Both the position numbers and the translations under genes were made by a program. Shown here in pieces: positions 8,953-16,843 of a DNA stretch of 25,963 nt. Origin of the DNA: Bdellovibrionota bacterium FG-2 (lineage in GTDB: Bacteria > Bdellovibrionota > UBA1018); the NCBI GenBank assembly GCA_051382305.1, contig JBBCAV010000312.1, forward strand, positions 1-25,963, in the 5' to 3' direction. The notes beneath the pieces were generated by a model, which was not told where the DNA came from, made no database searches, and saw nothing but the letters and a program-made list of their open reading frames with translations. Every line of letters begins with the position of its first letter. Within the stretch, counting starts at the first letter, position 1.

Positions 8953-9038
8953 ATAGGCTGGACCCTATAGGGAAGCCTATCTAGTCCTGATTGATTGAGG
9001 GACTAGAATAATAATAACAATGAAACGCAAGGAGGCGT
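8953..9038 (+). promoter_or_regulatory. Structured flgE leader: two abutting hairpins, an A-rich spacer and an SD-containing hairpin
   Basis: ATAGGCT(8953-8959)/AGCCTAT(8974-8980) with inner CCC-TATA-GGG; CTAGTCC(8981-8987)/GGACTAG(9000-9006); ACGC(9025-9028)-AAGGAG-GCGT(9035-9038). Confidence 0.6.
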
Positions 9039-9042
9039 CTCT

Positions 9043-10326
9043 ATGGGTATTTTATCATCGATGTATACGGGGATTACGGGTTTACAGGGTCAAGGTGAAG
9101 CGTTGGCGATTTACGGCGATAACATCGCCAATGCCAATACCACCGGGTTTAAGACTTCACGTCCTGAATTTCAAGATGTGATTGCAAAATCTCTAAAGGG
9201 AGCCTTGGGGGGGAATCAGATCGGTCGCGGAACACGGTTGGCCGGGGTCACGCCGGTGTTCTCCCAAGGTTCGATCGTGCAAACGGAAAATCCCACGGAC
9301 CTTGCTATTACAGGGGATGGATTTTTTGTTCTAAACGGGATTGATGGCCAAAGCTATACTCGAAACGGGTCTTTCCACTTTGATAAAGAAGGGAAGCTCA
9401 TCAATACGGACGGATATCATGTTCTAGGATTTAAGGCTGACGACACCGGAAAAATTACCTCAAAAATGAGTGATATTTCTGTAGATCGAACAGTGGTGGA
9501 CGCTAAGAGGACGAGTGACGTGAAAATGTTTATGAATCTGGATCTCCGCGCGGACAAAGCTCTTGAGTTTGATCCGAATCGCCCTGATCAAACGTCGCAT
9601 TATTCGACGGGGGTCAATGTCTATGATTCAGCCGGAGCCGCGCATGTCGTGACGATGTATTATAATAAATCTGATGATGGTGTCTGGACGTGGAGAGCCA
9701 TGGCGAAGGGCGAGGAAATTGTAGGTGGAAAACCTGGAATGTTGATCGAGCAGGCCAAGGGCACTCTTGTTTTTGATACGGATGGGAAACTCAAGGAGCA
9801 GAAAGTTGATAAATCCAGCTTTCAGTTCAATAAAGGCGCGTTGCCTGATCAAGTCGTGAAATTCAATTTCGGCGATGACAAAAAATCCGGTGGTTCAGGT
9901 TTAGCGGTTACGCAATATGGAACGGGCTCCGAGACTTATAAGTCGCTTCAAGATGGATTTACGGCAGGAACGCTGGCGGGTTTGACCATCAATGACGATG
10001 GGAACCTTACGGCGATGTATACGAATGGCCAGAACATTAACCTCGCACAGCTCGCGCTTGCGAAGTTTGAGAATTCTGAGGGGCTCTTTAAGATGGGGCA
10101 AAACCGGTATCGTGAGAGCCGGCTCTCGGGAGATCCTACCATTGGCGCACCTCAGAGTGGTGGACGTGGCCGCCTCTCTTCAAAAACGGTTGAGCTTTCG
10201 ACAACCGACATTGCCAATGAATTCATCAACCTCATGACATCGCAGAGAAACTTCCAGGCGAACGGGAAGGTGATTAGTACGGCCGATGAAATGATGCAGC
10301 AGGTGCTCAACCTAAAGCGCACCTAG
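9043..10326 (+). CDS. flgE: Flagellar hook protein FlgE
   Basis: SMYTGITGL...GDNIANANTTGFK, TDLAITGDGFF, YTRNGSF, and C-terminal ELSTTDIANEFINLMTSQRNFQANGKVI; 427 aa. Confidence 0.97.
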   Translation: MGILSSMYTGITGLQGQGEALAIYGDNIANANTTGFKTSRPEFQDVIAKSLKGALGGNQIGRGTRLAGVTPVFSQGSIVQTENPTDLAITGDGFFVLNGIDGQSYTRNGSFHFDKEGKLINTDGYHVLGFKADDTGKITSKMSDISVDRTVVDAKRTSDVKMFMNLDLRADKALEFDPNRPDQTSHYSTGVNVYDSAGAAHVVTMYYNKSDDGVWTWRAMAKGEEIVGGKPGMLIEQAKGTLVFDTDGKLKEQKVDKSSFQFNKGALPDQVVKFNFGDDKKSGGSGLAVTQYGTGSETYKSLQDGFTAGTLAGLTINDDGNLTAMYTNGQNINLAQLALAKFENSEGLFKMGQNRYRESRLSGDPTIGAPQSGGRGRLSSKTVELSTTDIANEFINLMTSQRNFQANGKVISTADEMMQQVLNLKRT

Positions 10327-10339
10327 TAGTTTAGTTTCT

Positions 10340-10375
10340 CTAGGGGCGCCGTCATTTGATTGACGTCGCCCCTAG
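10340..10375 (+). other. Strong stem-loop after flgE (3' mRNA stabiliser or atypical terminator)
   Basis: CTAGGGGCG-C-CGTCA / TGACG-T-CGCCCCTAG forms 14 bp with one mismatch and loop TTTGAT. No U-tract follows on either strand. Confidence 0.6.
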
Positions 10376-10405
10376 CAAAAATCCCTCTATGATACTTGCC
10401 TTCTC

Positions 10406-10421
10406 GGGCATTTGCGTTGCA
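10406..10421 (+). promoter_or_regulatory. Putative sigma54 (-24/-12) promoter for fliL and downstream genes
   Basis: GGGCATTTGCGTTGCA has GG(10407-8)-N10-GC(10419-20), close to the TGGCAC-N5-TTGCA consensus. It is intergenic, 45 nt upstream of fliL. Confidence 0.6.
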
Positions 10422-10466
10422 CAATAGTAGGTGTAGCGGCAGGAGCCGAGGGAGGGGTGAGTCTTC

Positions 10467-11048
10467 ATGGCAGCAGCTGAAGAAAAAGGCGACGCAAAAG
10501 ACGCTGGACAAGAAGCCGGCGGTGGTGCGGGCAAAGCCTTTAAACTCATTTTAATTCTGACGGCGGTTAATGTTGTCGTTACGCTCGCCGTGGTGGCAAT
10601 TCAGCTTATTTCTTTCAAAAAAGATCGCGCGAAAGCCTCCGTTGAAGATATCTCTTTGGCTGCCGGGGAGCATGGTGGGGGCAAAGAGGGAGAAGGCGTC
10701 CCCGGTGCAGGACGCGGTCGTAAAAAAGGCCATGAATTTGGTAAAATGGTCACGCTCGAGCTGTTTATCGTCAACCTTTCAACTCCGGGAAGTCCCAATC
10801 CAAAATTTGCCCGAGTCAACATATCCTTAGAAGTTCCCACTGATGACGTTGAAGCCGAAATAACGTCCAAGATGCCACAGGTTAGAAATACGATTATTGA
10901 TTTATTTAATAGCAAGCGTCCCTCAGATTTGGCGGGCGCAGAAGGGCGTGATTTTCTCAAGGAAGAGATACGAAACGCACTGAATGGTTTTTTGGTGAAT
11001 GGTAAAGTGAAAGGCGTGTATTTTACGAACTTTCACTTGAGCGCATAA
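10467..11048 (+). CDS. fliL: Flagellar basal body-associated protein FliL
   Basis: Single N-terminal TM helix, then FIVNL, PQVRNTIIDLF, GRDFLKEEIRNALN and VKGVYFTNF. Confidence 0.95.
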   Translation: MAAAEEKGDAKDAGQEAGGGAGKAFKLILILTAVNVVVTLAVVAIQLISFKKDRAKASVEDISLAAGEHGGGKEGEGVPGAGRGRKKGHEFGKMVTLELFIVNLSTPGSPNPKFARVNISLEVPTDDVEAEITSKMPQVRNTIIDLFNSKRPSDLAGAEGRDFLKEEIRNALNGFLVNGKVKGVYFTNFHLSA

Positions 11049-11061
11049 ACGTGTGTGAATT

Positions 11062-11087
11062 CTCCGAGGCTCTTAGGAGTTTCGGAG
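11062..11087 (+). other. Intergenic stem-loop between fliL and fliM
   Basis: CTCCGAGGCTC-TTAG-GAGTTTCGGAG forms 11 bp including two G-U pairs, with no U-tract. Confidence 0.5.
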
Positions 11088-11106
11088 GCTGGCTAGGAAG
11101 GCAAGC

Positions 11107-12129
11107 ATGAATCAGGTTCTCTCACAGTCCGAAGTTGATGCTCTACTCAGTGCGGTTGCTGACGGCAATGTCGATGTCGGAGCGACAAGCGGTGGTGGAG
11201 CCGGAGGAGCAGATGCAGGTGGCGGTGCCTCGGCGGCGCCTTCTGATCCCGATGTTGTTCCGTATGATTTAACGAACCAAGACCGAGTCATTCGCGGACG
11301 AATGCCTACGCTGGACATTATTTACGAGCGTTTTATTCGCCTCTATCGGATGTCCCTTTCTGGTGCGCTTCGTAAGATTGCTACGATTAGCATTATTTCT
11401 ACCGATCTTTTAAAGTTTGGAGAGTTTGTCAATACGCTCCCAATCCCTAGTTGCATGTGCATCATGCGTTTCGAATCGCTAAGGGGGCCTTCGCTTTTGG
11501 TGTTTGAATCTAAGTTGTCTTATGCGCTTGTAGATAGTTTTTTTGGTGGCACGGATCGCCCTTATACCAAGATTGAGGGTAAGGAATTTACGCGTATTGA
11601 ACTTTCGATCATGAAAAAGGTCATGGACCTCGCGATCAAAGATCTTGAAGAAGCCTGGGCACCTGTCCATAAAACTGACATTTCATTTGTGCGTACTGAA
11701 GTTAATCCACAATTTGTCGGGGTGGTTCCGCCTTCGGAAGTCATTATTTCGACCACCTTTGAAATCGAGCTTGAGAATGCGAGCGGAACCGTTGTTTTGG
11801 TTATTCCATATTCGACGATTGAGCCGATTAAGAACAAGCTGAATTCTGCTTTTCAAACTGAAGCGGATCGGGGGGACCGAGAGTGGACCAATAAGCTTGA
11901 GGATCACTTAAGGCAGTCGAGCGTTAATATGAAGGTGAATCTTGGCGAAGCGATGATTACGGTCGGGGATCTTGTCAATCTTAGTGTTGGGGATATTATT
12001 CCTCTTAATCAAGATGCAGATGGCGAACTAGATTTACTTCTAGAAGGGGTTCCTAAATTTAAATGTTTCTTTGGTGTTTCACGCGGGAATCGTGCAGCCC
12101 AGGTCACGCGAACGATCGAAAACGACTAA
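11107..12129 (+). CDS. fliM: Flagellar motor switch protein FliM
   Basis: N-terminal CheY-binding LSQSEVDALL, YDL...RGRMPTL, FFGG, EFTRIE and EVNPQF motifs, and a C-terminal SpoA domain. Confidence 0.97.
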   Translation: MNQVLSQSEVDALLSAVADGNVDVGATSGGGAGGADAGGGASAAPSDPDVVPYDLTNQDRVIRGRMPTLDIIYERFIRLYRMSLSGALRKIATISIISTDLLKFGEFVNTLPIPSCMCIMRFESLRGPSLLVFESKLSYALVDSFFGGTDRPYTKIEGKEFTRIELSIMKKVMDLAIKDLEEAWAPVHKTDISFVRTEVNPQFVGVVPPSEVIISTTFEIELENASGTVVLVIPYSTIEPIKNKLNSAFQTEADRGDREWTNKLEDHLRQSSVNMKVNLGEAMITVGDLVNLSVGDIIPLNQDADGELDLLLEGVPKFKCFFGVSRGNRAAQVTRTIEND

Positions 12130-12161
12130 ACGATTAGAAGAAGAGTGAGGGGGGACGAATT

Positions 12162-12581
12162 ATGGGTGAAGAAGCAGGTTTAGGCGATGTGATGAGTCAG
12201 GCGGGAATTGATGCGGCGTTTGCCGCCGCCGCCGCCGGTGGAGGTGGAGGTGCTGAAGCGGCTGCCGCGATGCCGAGTGCCTCACAGGCAGGCCCTTCTG
12301 CGAGCCGGGCGGGGGCGCCCGTTCAGTCTTTGGATTTTATTTTAGATATACCGCTAAAAGTAACTGTGGAACTGGGGCGGTCTAAGATGGCGATTCGTGA
12401 CATTTTGCAGCTCGCACAAGGTGCGGTGGTAGAACTTTCCAAATTTGCCGGCGAACCGCTCGAAGTTTTGGTGAATGATAAGCTCATTGCGCGTGGAGAA
12501 GTTGTTGTCGTGAACGAAAAGTTTGGCATTCGCTTGACGGACATTATCTCTCCGGTTGAGCGTATCGAGCAGTTGAAGTAG
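12162..12581 (+). CDS. fliN: Flagellar motor switch protein FliN
   Basis: LDFILDIPLKVTVELGR...AGEPLEVLVNDKLIARGEVVVVNEKFGIRLTDI. Confidence 0.97.
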   Translation: MGEEAGLGDVMSQAGIDAAFAAAAAGGGGGAEAAAAMPSASQAGPSASRAGAPVQSLDFILDIPLKVTVELGRSKMAIRDILQLAQGAVVELSKFAGEPLEVLVNDKLIARGEVVVVNEKFGIRLTDIISPVERIEQLK

Positions 12582-12609
12582 TTTTTTGCCAAGGAAGGCG
12601 ATAAAAGCG

Positions 12610-13791
12610 ATGAAGAACACAAAAAATCTATTTCTGTTACTTCTGGGATTAGGGGTCTCGAGTTCCTCTTTTGGGGCCTTAAATCTCAAGCAGGTTCAAG
12701 TAGGAAACTCGCCGGGATCTTCTGAGGTGACGTTGTTGTTCGATGGGAAAGTCGACAAGAACAAAGTAAAACTCGAGTTTTTCAATGACATTGTTCAACT
12801 GAGTCTCAGTGATGTATCTGTTTACCCTGCGAAGATTTTCTCGGTTAATAGCAACCTGTTGGCCAAAGTGTTTGCCTATCAATATGCGCCAAACCTAGTT
12901 CGTTGCCGCCTGACGATCAAAGGAAAAGCTGAGAATTTCAAGGATCGCATTCGGCTGAGTCCCTCAGGGAAAGTGTTGACGCTTAAACTAGATGGGGGCG
13001 CGTCCGTTGACCAAATCGGAACGCAGGCCTCGCAAGCTCAACGTGTTGCGCCGGTGAATGCAAACGCGGCCCCTGCTAAAGTCGCTGCTAATGGCGATGA
13101 TGCCGACGAGAAAGCTCTTTTGGACAAGGTTCTAAAGGCGGGCGCTCCTTCGAACGTGTTGGCGCCTACCGCTGTAAAAGCGCAGGATAAGGGTCCGGAT
13201 AAAGTCGATAAAGTCCAAGACACACCCCCTCAGCCTTCTGGGGTTCAGCAACCCTTAGCAACGGGGAAGCCTCTTCCTAGTCCACTCAAAGCGATGGGGA
13301 AACTCGCGCTCGTCGTGGGGATCTTTATGGTTGCGGCCTTGGGCTTCAAGCGTGTGATCGTTAATCGGAAAGGAAAAGTTGAAAAAAAGGCCGGGGTGCT
13401 TGGAAGTCTCAAAGGGGCGTTGGGCGTATTCGCAGGAAAGACCGTTTCCTCGGAGGCGATGATCGAAGTGCTTGCCACTCATTATCTGGGTCCGAAGAAA
13501 AGTATAATGGTCGTGAAGGTTGCGGGTCAGAATTTAGTTTTGGGTGTGACAGATCAGCAAATTAATTTAATTTCCCGCCTCGGAGAGGGAGACTCCTCCA
13601 GTGAGTCACTTGATAGTAACGAGGAATCTAAACAAAACATAGGTGTCTCGGGTTATGGTTCCGGTGCAATGGCAGGGGGGCCTGCGGTATTTTCTGAGAT
13701 GCTTTCTTCTGAACGGGTGAAGCCTCAGGTTTCATCCCATAATGCGCGTTCCCAAATTCGGAGCAGACTAGAGGGATTTAAACCTTTATGA
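12610..13791 (+). CDS. fliO: Long FliO with signal peptide and N-terminal periplasmic (AMIN-like) domain
   Basis: The C-terminal half has a TM helix plus IEVLATHYLGPKKSIMVVKVAGQNLVLGVTDQQINLI (FliO signature). It lies between fliN and fliP. The ATG at 12610 gives a clean signal peptide (MKNTKNLFLLLLGLGVSSSSFGA). Confidence 0.85.
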   Translation: MKNTKNLFLLLLGLGVSSSSFGALNLKQVQVGNSPGSSEVTLLFDGKVDKNKVKLEFFNDIVQLSLSDVSVYPAKIFSVNSNLLAKVFAYQYAPNLVRCRLTIKGKAENFKDRIRLSPSGKVLTLKLDGGASVDQIGTQASQAQRVAPVNANAAPAKVAANGDDADEKALLDKVLKAGAPSNVLAPTAVKAQDKGPDKVDKVQDTPPQPSGVQQPLATGKPLPSPLKAMGKLALVVGIFMVAALGFKRVIVNRKGKVEKKAGVLGSLKGALGVFAGKTVSSEAMIEVLATHYLGPKKSIMVVKVAGQNLVLGVTDQQINLISRLGEGDSSSESLDSNEESKQNIGVSGYGSGAMAGGPAVFSEMLSSERVKPQVSSHNARSQIRSRLEGFKPL

Positions 13792-14591
13792 GGAACATAA
13801 GGTCCTTTGCACTTCCCTTTACGTTTTCGTTTGCCGCTGCTGCGGCGCTGCTCGTCGGTTCAGCTGCCCTTGCGGCGGGCCCGGCATCTGGGGATGTGCC
13901 AGGAACTTCTGGGATCACGCTGCCTTCTTTGTCTTTGTCCTTTGCAAACTCCGAGAAACCATCGGATTTAGTTTCGGTTCTTCGGATCATCATGATGCTC
14001 ACGGTGCTTTCCTTAGCGCCTGCGATTTTGATTATGATGACTTCGTTTACGAGAATTGTAGTCGTCTTGAGCTTTATTCGGCAAGCACTCGGGACTCAGC
14101 AGATGCCGCCCAATCAATTGATTGTGGGACTCGCTTTGTTTTTGTCATTTTTTGTTATGGCGCCCACCTGGAAAGCGATTTCGGCGACCGCAGTTGAACC
14201 CTACCTTAATGAGAAGATTGATCAGAAGACTGCCATTGATCGCGCCGAGGCGCCGTTGCGGGAGTTTATGTTTAATCAGACTCGTGAAAAGGACTTGGAA
14301 TTATTCTTATCGATATCAAAAGAAGCGAAGCCAAAGAATCGCACTGAGGTGGCAACTTATGTGTTGGTGCCTGCTTTTGTGATTAGTGAACTTAAAACCG
14401 CTTTTCAGATTGGCTTTATGCTTTATCTTCCTTTCTTAGTTCTTGATATGGTGGTCGCCAGTGTCTTGATGGCGATGGGGATGATGATGCTGCCCCCGGT
14501 GGTGGTCTCGTTGCCTTTTAAGCTCTTGTTGTTTGTTTTGGTGGATGGCTGGGAACTTGTGGTGGGGAGTCTAGTAAAGAGTTTTGGTTAG
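13788..14591 (+). CDS. fliP: Flagellar export gate protein FliP
   Basis: MMTSFTRIVVVLSFIRQALGTQQMPPNQ, PAFVISELKTAFQIGF, MGMMMLPP...LPFKLLLFVLVDGW. Confidence 0.98.
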   Translation: MRNIRSFALPFTFSFAAAAALLVGSAALAAGPASGDVPGTSGITLPSLSLSFANSEKPSDLVSVLRIIMMLTVLSLAPAILIMMTSFTRIVVVLSFIRQALGTQQMPPNQLIVGLALFLSFFVMAPTWKAISATAVEPYLNEKIDQKTAIDRAEAPLREFMFNQTREKDLELFLSISKEAKPKNRTEVATYVLVPAFVISELKTAFQIGFMLYLPFLVLDMVVASVLMAMGMMMLPPVVVSLPFKLLLFVLVDGWELVVGSLVKSFG

Positions 14592-14636
14592 GACTTGGAT
14601 CTTGTCTTGGATCTACTCTAGGAAGGAGTTGATAAA

Positions 14637-14906
14637 ATGACGGAAGAAATGGTGATGTCAATCGCTGCCGAGGCCATCAAGACGATGATCTTCGTGGCGG
14701 GGCCGCTGCTCATCGCCGCCATGGCTATCGGGGTGATTGTAAGCGTGCTGCAAGCCATTACCCAGATCAATGAGGCAACCCTAACGTTTATTCCTAAAAT
14801 GATCGCCGTGGTTGTGGTTTTGGCCGTCATGGCCCCTTGGATGTTGGATGTTCTTCAACAGTATACGATACAAGTCATCGGTAGTGCCGGGGAGATGGTC
14901 CGGTGA
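14637..14906 (+). CDS. fliQ: Flagellar export gate protein FliQ
   Basis: 89 aa; GVIVSVLQAITQINEATLTFIPK...PWM. Confidence 0.97.
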   Translation: MTEEMVMSIAAEAIKTMIFVAGPLLIAAMAIGVIVSVLQAITQINEATLTFIPKMIAVVVVLAVMAPWMLDVLQQYTIQVIGSAGEMVR

Positions 14907-15751
14907 GTGGACTTTTTAATTTCTCAGAAGAAGAAATGCTCAGTTTTTTCGCAGTCCTCGTGCGTTTCAGTGTTCTTTTTGCGGTCATGCCGTTTCTGGG
15001 CGATCGCTTGATCCCGGGTCCTGTTAAGGTTTTGCTTTCTTTGGCTGTGACCTTTGCGCTTTTTCCAATTCTCGTCTCGCATGGGGATGTTCGAGTGGGG
15101 GAGGCTGCCATTTGGGGGCAGACGGCGGCTGGGATTGCCTCTACCATAGGAATTGAAACCGTTTTTGCGCTCTTGTTGGGGTTCACTGCACGGATGGTTT
15201 TTGAGTCGATTGCTTTTGGCGGCAATTTAGTGGGTAACTTTATGGGATTTGCGGCGGCCAGTACTTATGATCCCCACCAAGAAAGCCAAACCCAGGTCGT
15301 TGCCCAAATTCAAACTACGATCGCGATGCTTTTGTTTCTTGCACTCGATGGACATCATCTCATGCTGCGTGCTGCGGCCGGAAGTTTTAGGGTGGTAGGA
15401 GTGGGGGGGCATACGCTTCTCGGTGTGCCTATTGCGCCAGGAAAAGTGCTGTTTGGTGCAGCCGTAGGTCAGAAACTCATTCAGATTTCCGGGCAGGTGA
15501 TTGCTTTTGGGGTTCAGCTTACTGCACCAGTGGCCGTGTCCCTTTTTGCGGTGAACGTGGTTTTTGGAGTGGTCTCTAAGGCCTTGCCGCAAATGAATAT
15601 TCTCGTATTGTCTCTGGCAATAACGGCACTCATAGGGTTGCTCGTGATGTTTATTAGTTTGGGGGAGTTTCAGTCAGTCTCGGTCGACATTCTCTCACGG
15701 GTGGGAGAGTGGATGGAAACAGTAATGGCCGTTGTGGCACAGGGGAAATAA
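14903..15751 (+). CDS. fliR: Flagellar export gate protein FliR
   Basis: Polytopic membrane protein with MGFAAASTYDP, FLALDGHHLML and KALPQMNIL motifs. Confidence 0.95.
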   Translation: MSGLFNFSEEEMLSFFAVLVRFSVLFAVMPFLGDRLIPGPVKVLLSLAVTFALFPILVSHGDVRVGEAAIWGQTAAGIASTIGIETVFALLLGFTARMVFESIAFGGNLVGNFMGFAAASTYDPHQESQTQVVAQIQTTIAMLLFLALDGHHLMLRAAAGSFRVVGVGGHTLLGVPIAPGKVLFGAAVGQKLIQISGQVIAFGVQLTAPVAVSLFAVNVVFGVVSKALPQMNILVLSLAITALIGLLVMFISLGEFQSVSVDILSRVGEWMETVMAVVAQGK

Positions 15752-15754
15752 ACG

Positions 15755-16843
15755 GTGGCAGAAAACGATAAAGATCGATCATCCGAAGATCTTTCCGAAG
15801 AAGTCTCCCAGTTTCGTCTGGAAGATTATCGGAAACGCGGGATGGTTTCGCAGAGCAAAGAGATTACCGGTCTTTTGGCGCTGCTTGCCGTGGGGGTCGT
15901 TACCTACGTCTATACTCCAAGTATTGGCCTGCAGATTGGCGAGTTCATGCGCGAAGTGTTTCGCGTCGATCTTTCCTCGCGCCTTGAGCTGGGATCCGGC
16001 GATGTCCTTCATGGGTTCATGATGAAAACTTTACACCTTGGAATTTTCTTGGGTCTTCCCATCACGCTTGCGGGGTTCTTTTTTGGAATTTTAGGAAGTT
16101 TTGCTCAGATCGGTGCTGTCTTTTCCTTGGATCCTTTGACACCCGATTTTTCAAAAATTGATCCCTTACAAGGTTTACAGAAGTTTCTTACGTTTAGGCA
16201 GGTCATTGAGGGGTTTCGGTTGGTTTTGAAAATGGCTGCTATCGTCGGGGTCTCCTATGGCCTGGTAAAGGCAGAAATTTTCAATTCACCTGCGTACCTC
16301 ACGAGTGAGCCGGTTTCGATCATTGCTGGTTATGGGCATGCGGCCAAAGTGATCTTCATGGCTCTTATTGGCGTACTCATCGTTTTTGCGGCTCTTGATT
16401 TTGCCTATCAGCGTTTTGAGTTCATGAAGAATCTTCGAATGACAAAAGAAGAGGCCAAACAAGAGCATAAAGAGCGCGAAGGGGATCCCCAGATTAAGGC
16501 TCGTATTCGCACCATTCAGCGAGATATGGCGCGCAAGCGCATGATGCAGGCCGTGAAGAAGGCCGACGTTTTGATTACGAACCCGACTCACTTTGCAATT
16601 GCGATTGTGTACGATAAGGAAAAGATGTTTGCCCCGAAAGTGGTAGCCAAAGGGGCTGATTTTATTGCGCAGCGGATGAAAAAGATCGCTGCCGATGCGG
16701 GGGTGCCATTGGTCGAGAATGTTCCGCTTGCCCGAACTCTCTATAAGTCTGTGAAGGTGGGACAGTTTGTTCCGAAGGCACTGTATCAGGCGGTCGCCGA
16801 GGTGTTGGCTTATGTTTATCGACTCAAAAGGAAGGACTTTTAA
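15755..16843 (+). CDS. flhB: Flagellar export switch protein FlhB
   Basis: LRMTKEEAKQEHKEREGDPQIK, intact NPTH autocleavage site, PKVVAKG, VENVPLARTLY. Confidence 0.97.
   Translation: MAENDKDRSSEDLSEEVSQFRLEDYRKRGMVSQSKEITGLLALLAVGVVTYVYTPSIGLQIGEFMREVFRVDLSSRLELGSGDVLHGFMMKTLHLGIFLGLPITLAGFFFGILGSFAQIGAVFSLDPLTPDFSKIDPLQGLQKFLTFRQVIEGFRLVLKMAAIVGVSYGLVKAEIFNSPAYLTSEPVSIIAGYGHAAKVIFMALIGVLIVFAALDFAYQRFEFMKNLRMTKEEAKQEHKEREGDPQIKARIRTIQRDMARKRMMQAVKKADVLITNPTHFAIAIVYDKEKMFAPKVVAKGADFIAQRMKKIAADAGVPLVENVPLARTLYKSVKVGQFVPKALYQAVAEVLAYVYRLKRKDF

Noticed and set aside
10436-10505. GACGCAAAAG resembling part of a c-di-GMP-I riboswitch near the fliL start
   Set aside because: It lies within the coding sequence and lacks the upstream GGCAAA and GNRA-tetraloop P2 architecture.
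12221-12270. (GCC)n/(GGT/GGA)n microsatellite-like run in fliN, and similar runs in fliF and fliM
   Set aside because: These encode Ala/Gly linkers in frame, and triplet changes would not cause phase variation.
14594-14614. Direct repeat CTTGGATCT x2 between fliP and fliQ
   Set aside because: Only two 9-bp copies, most simply a local micro-duplication with no supporting context.
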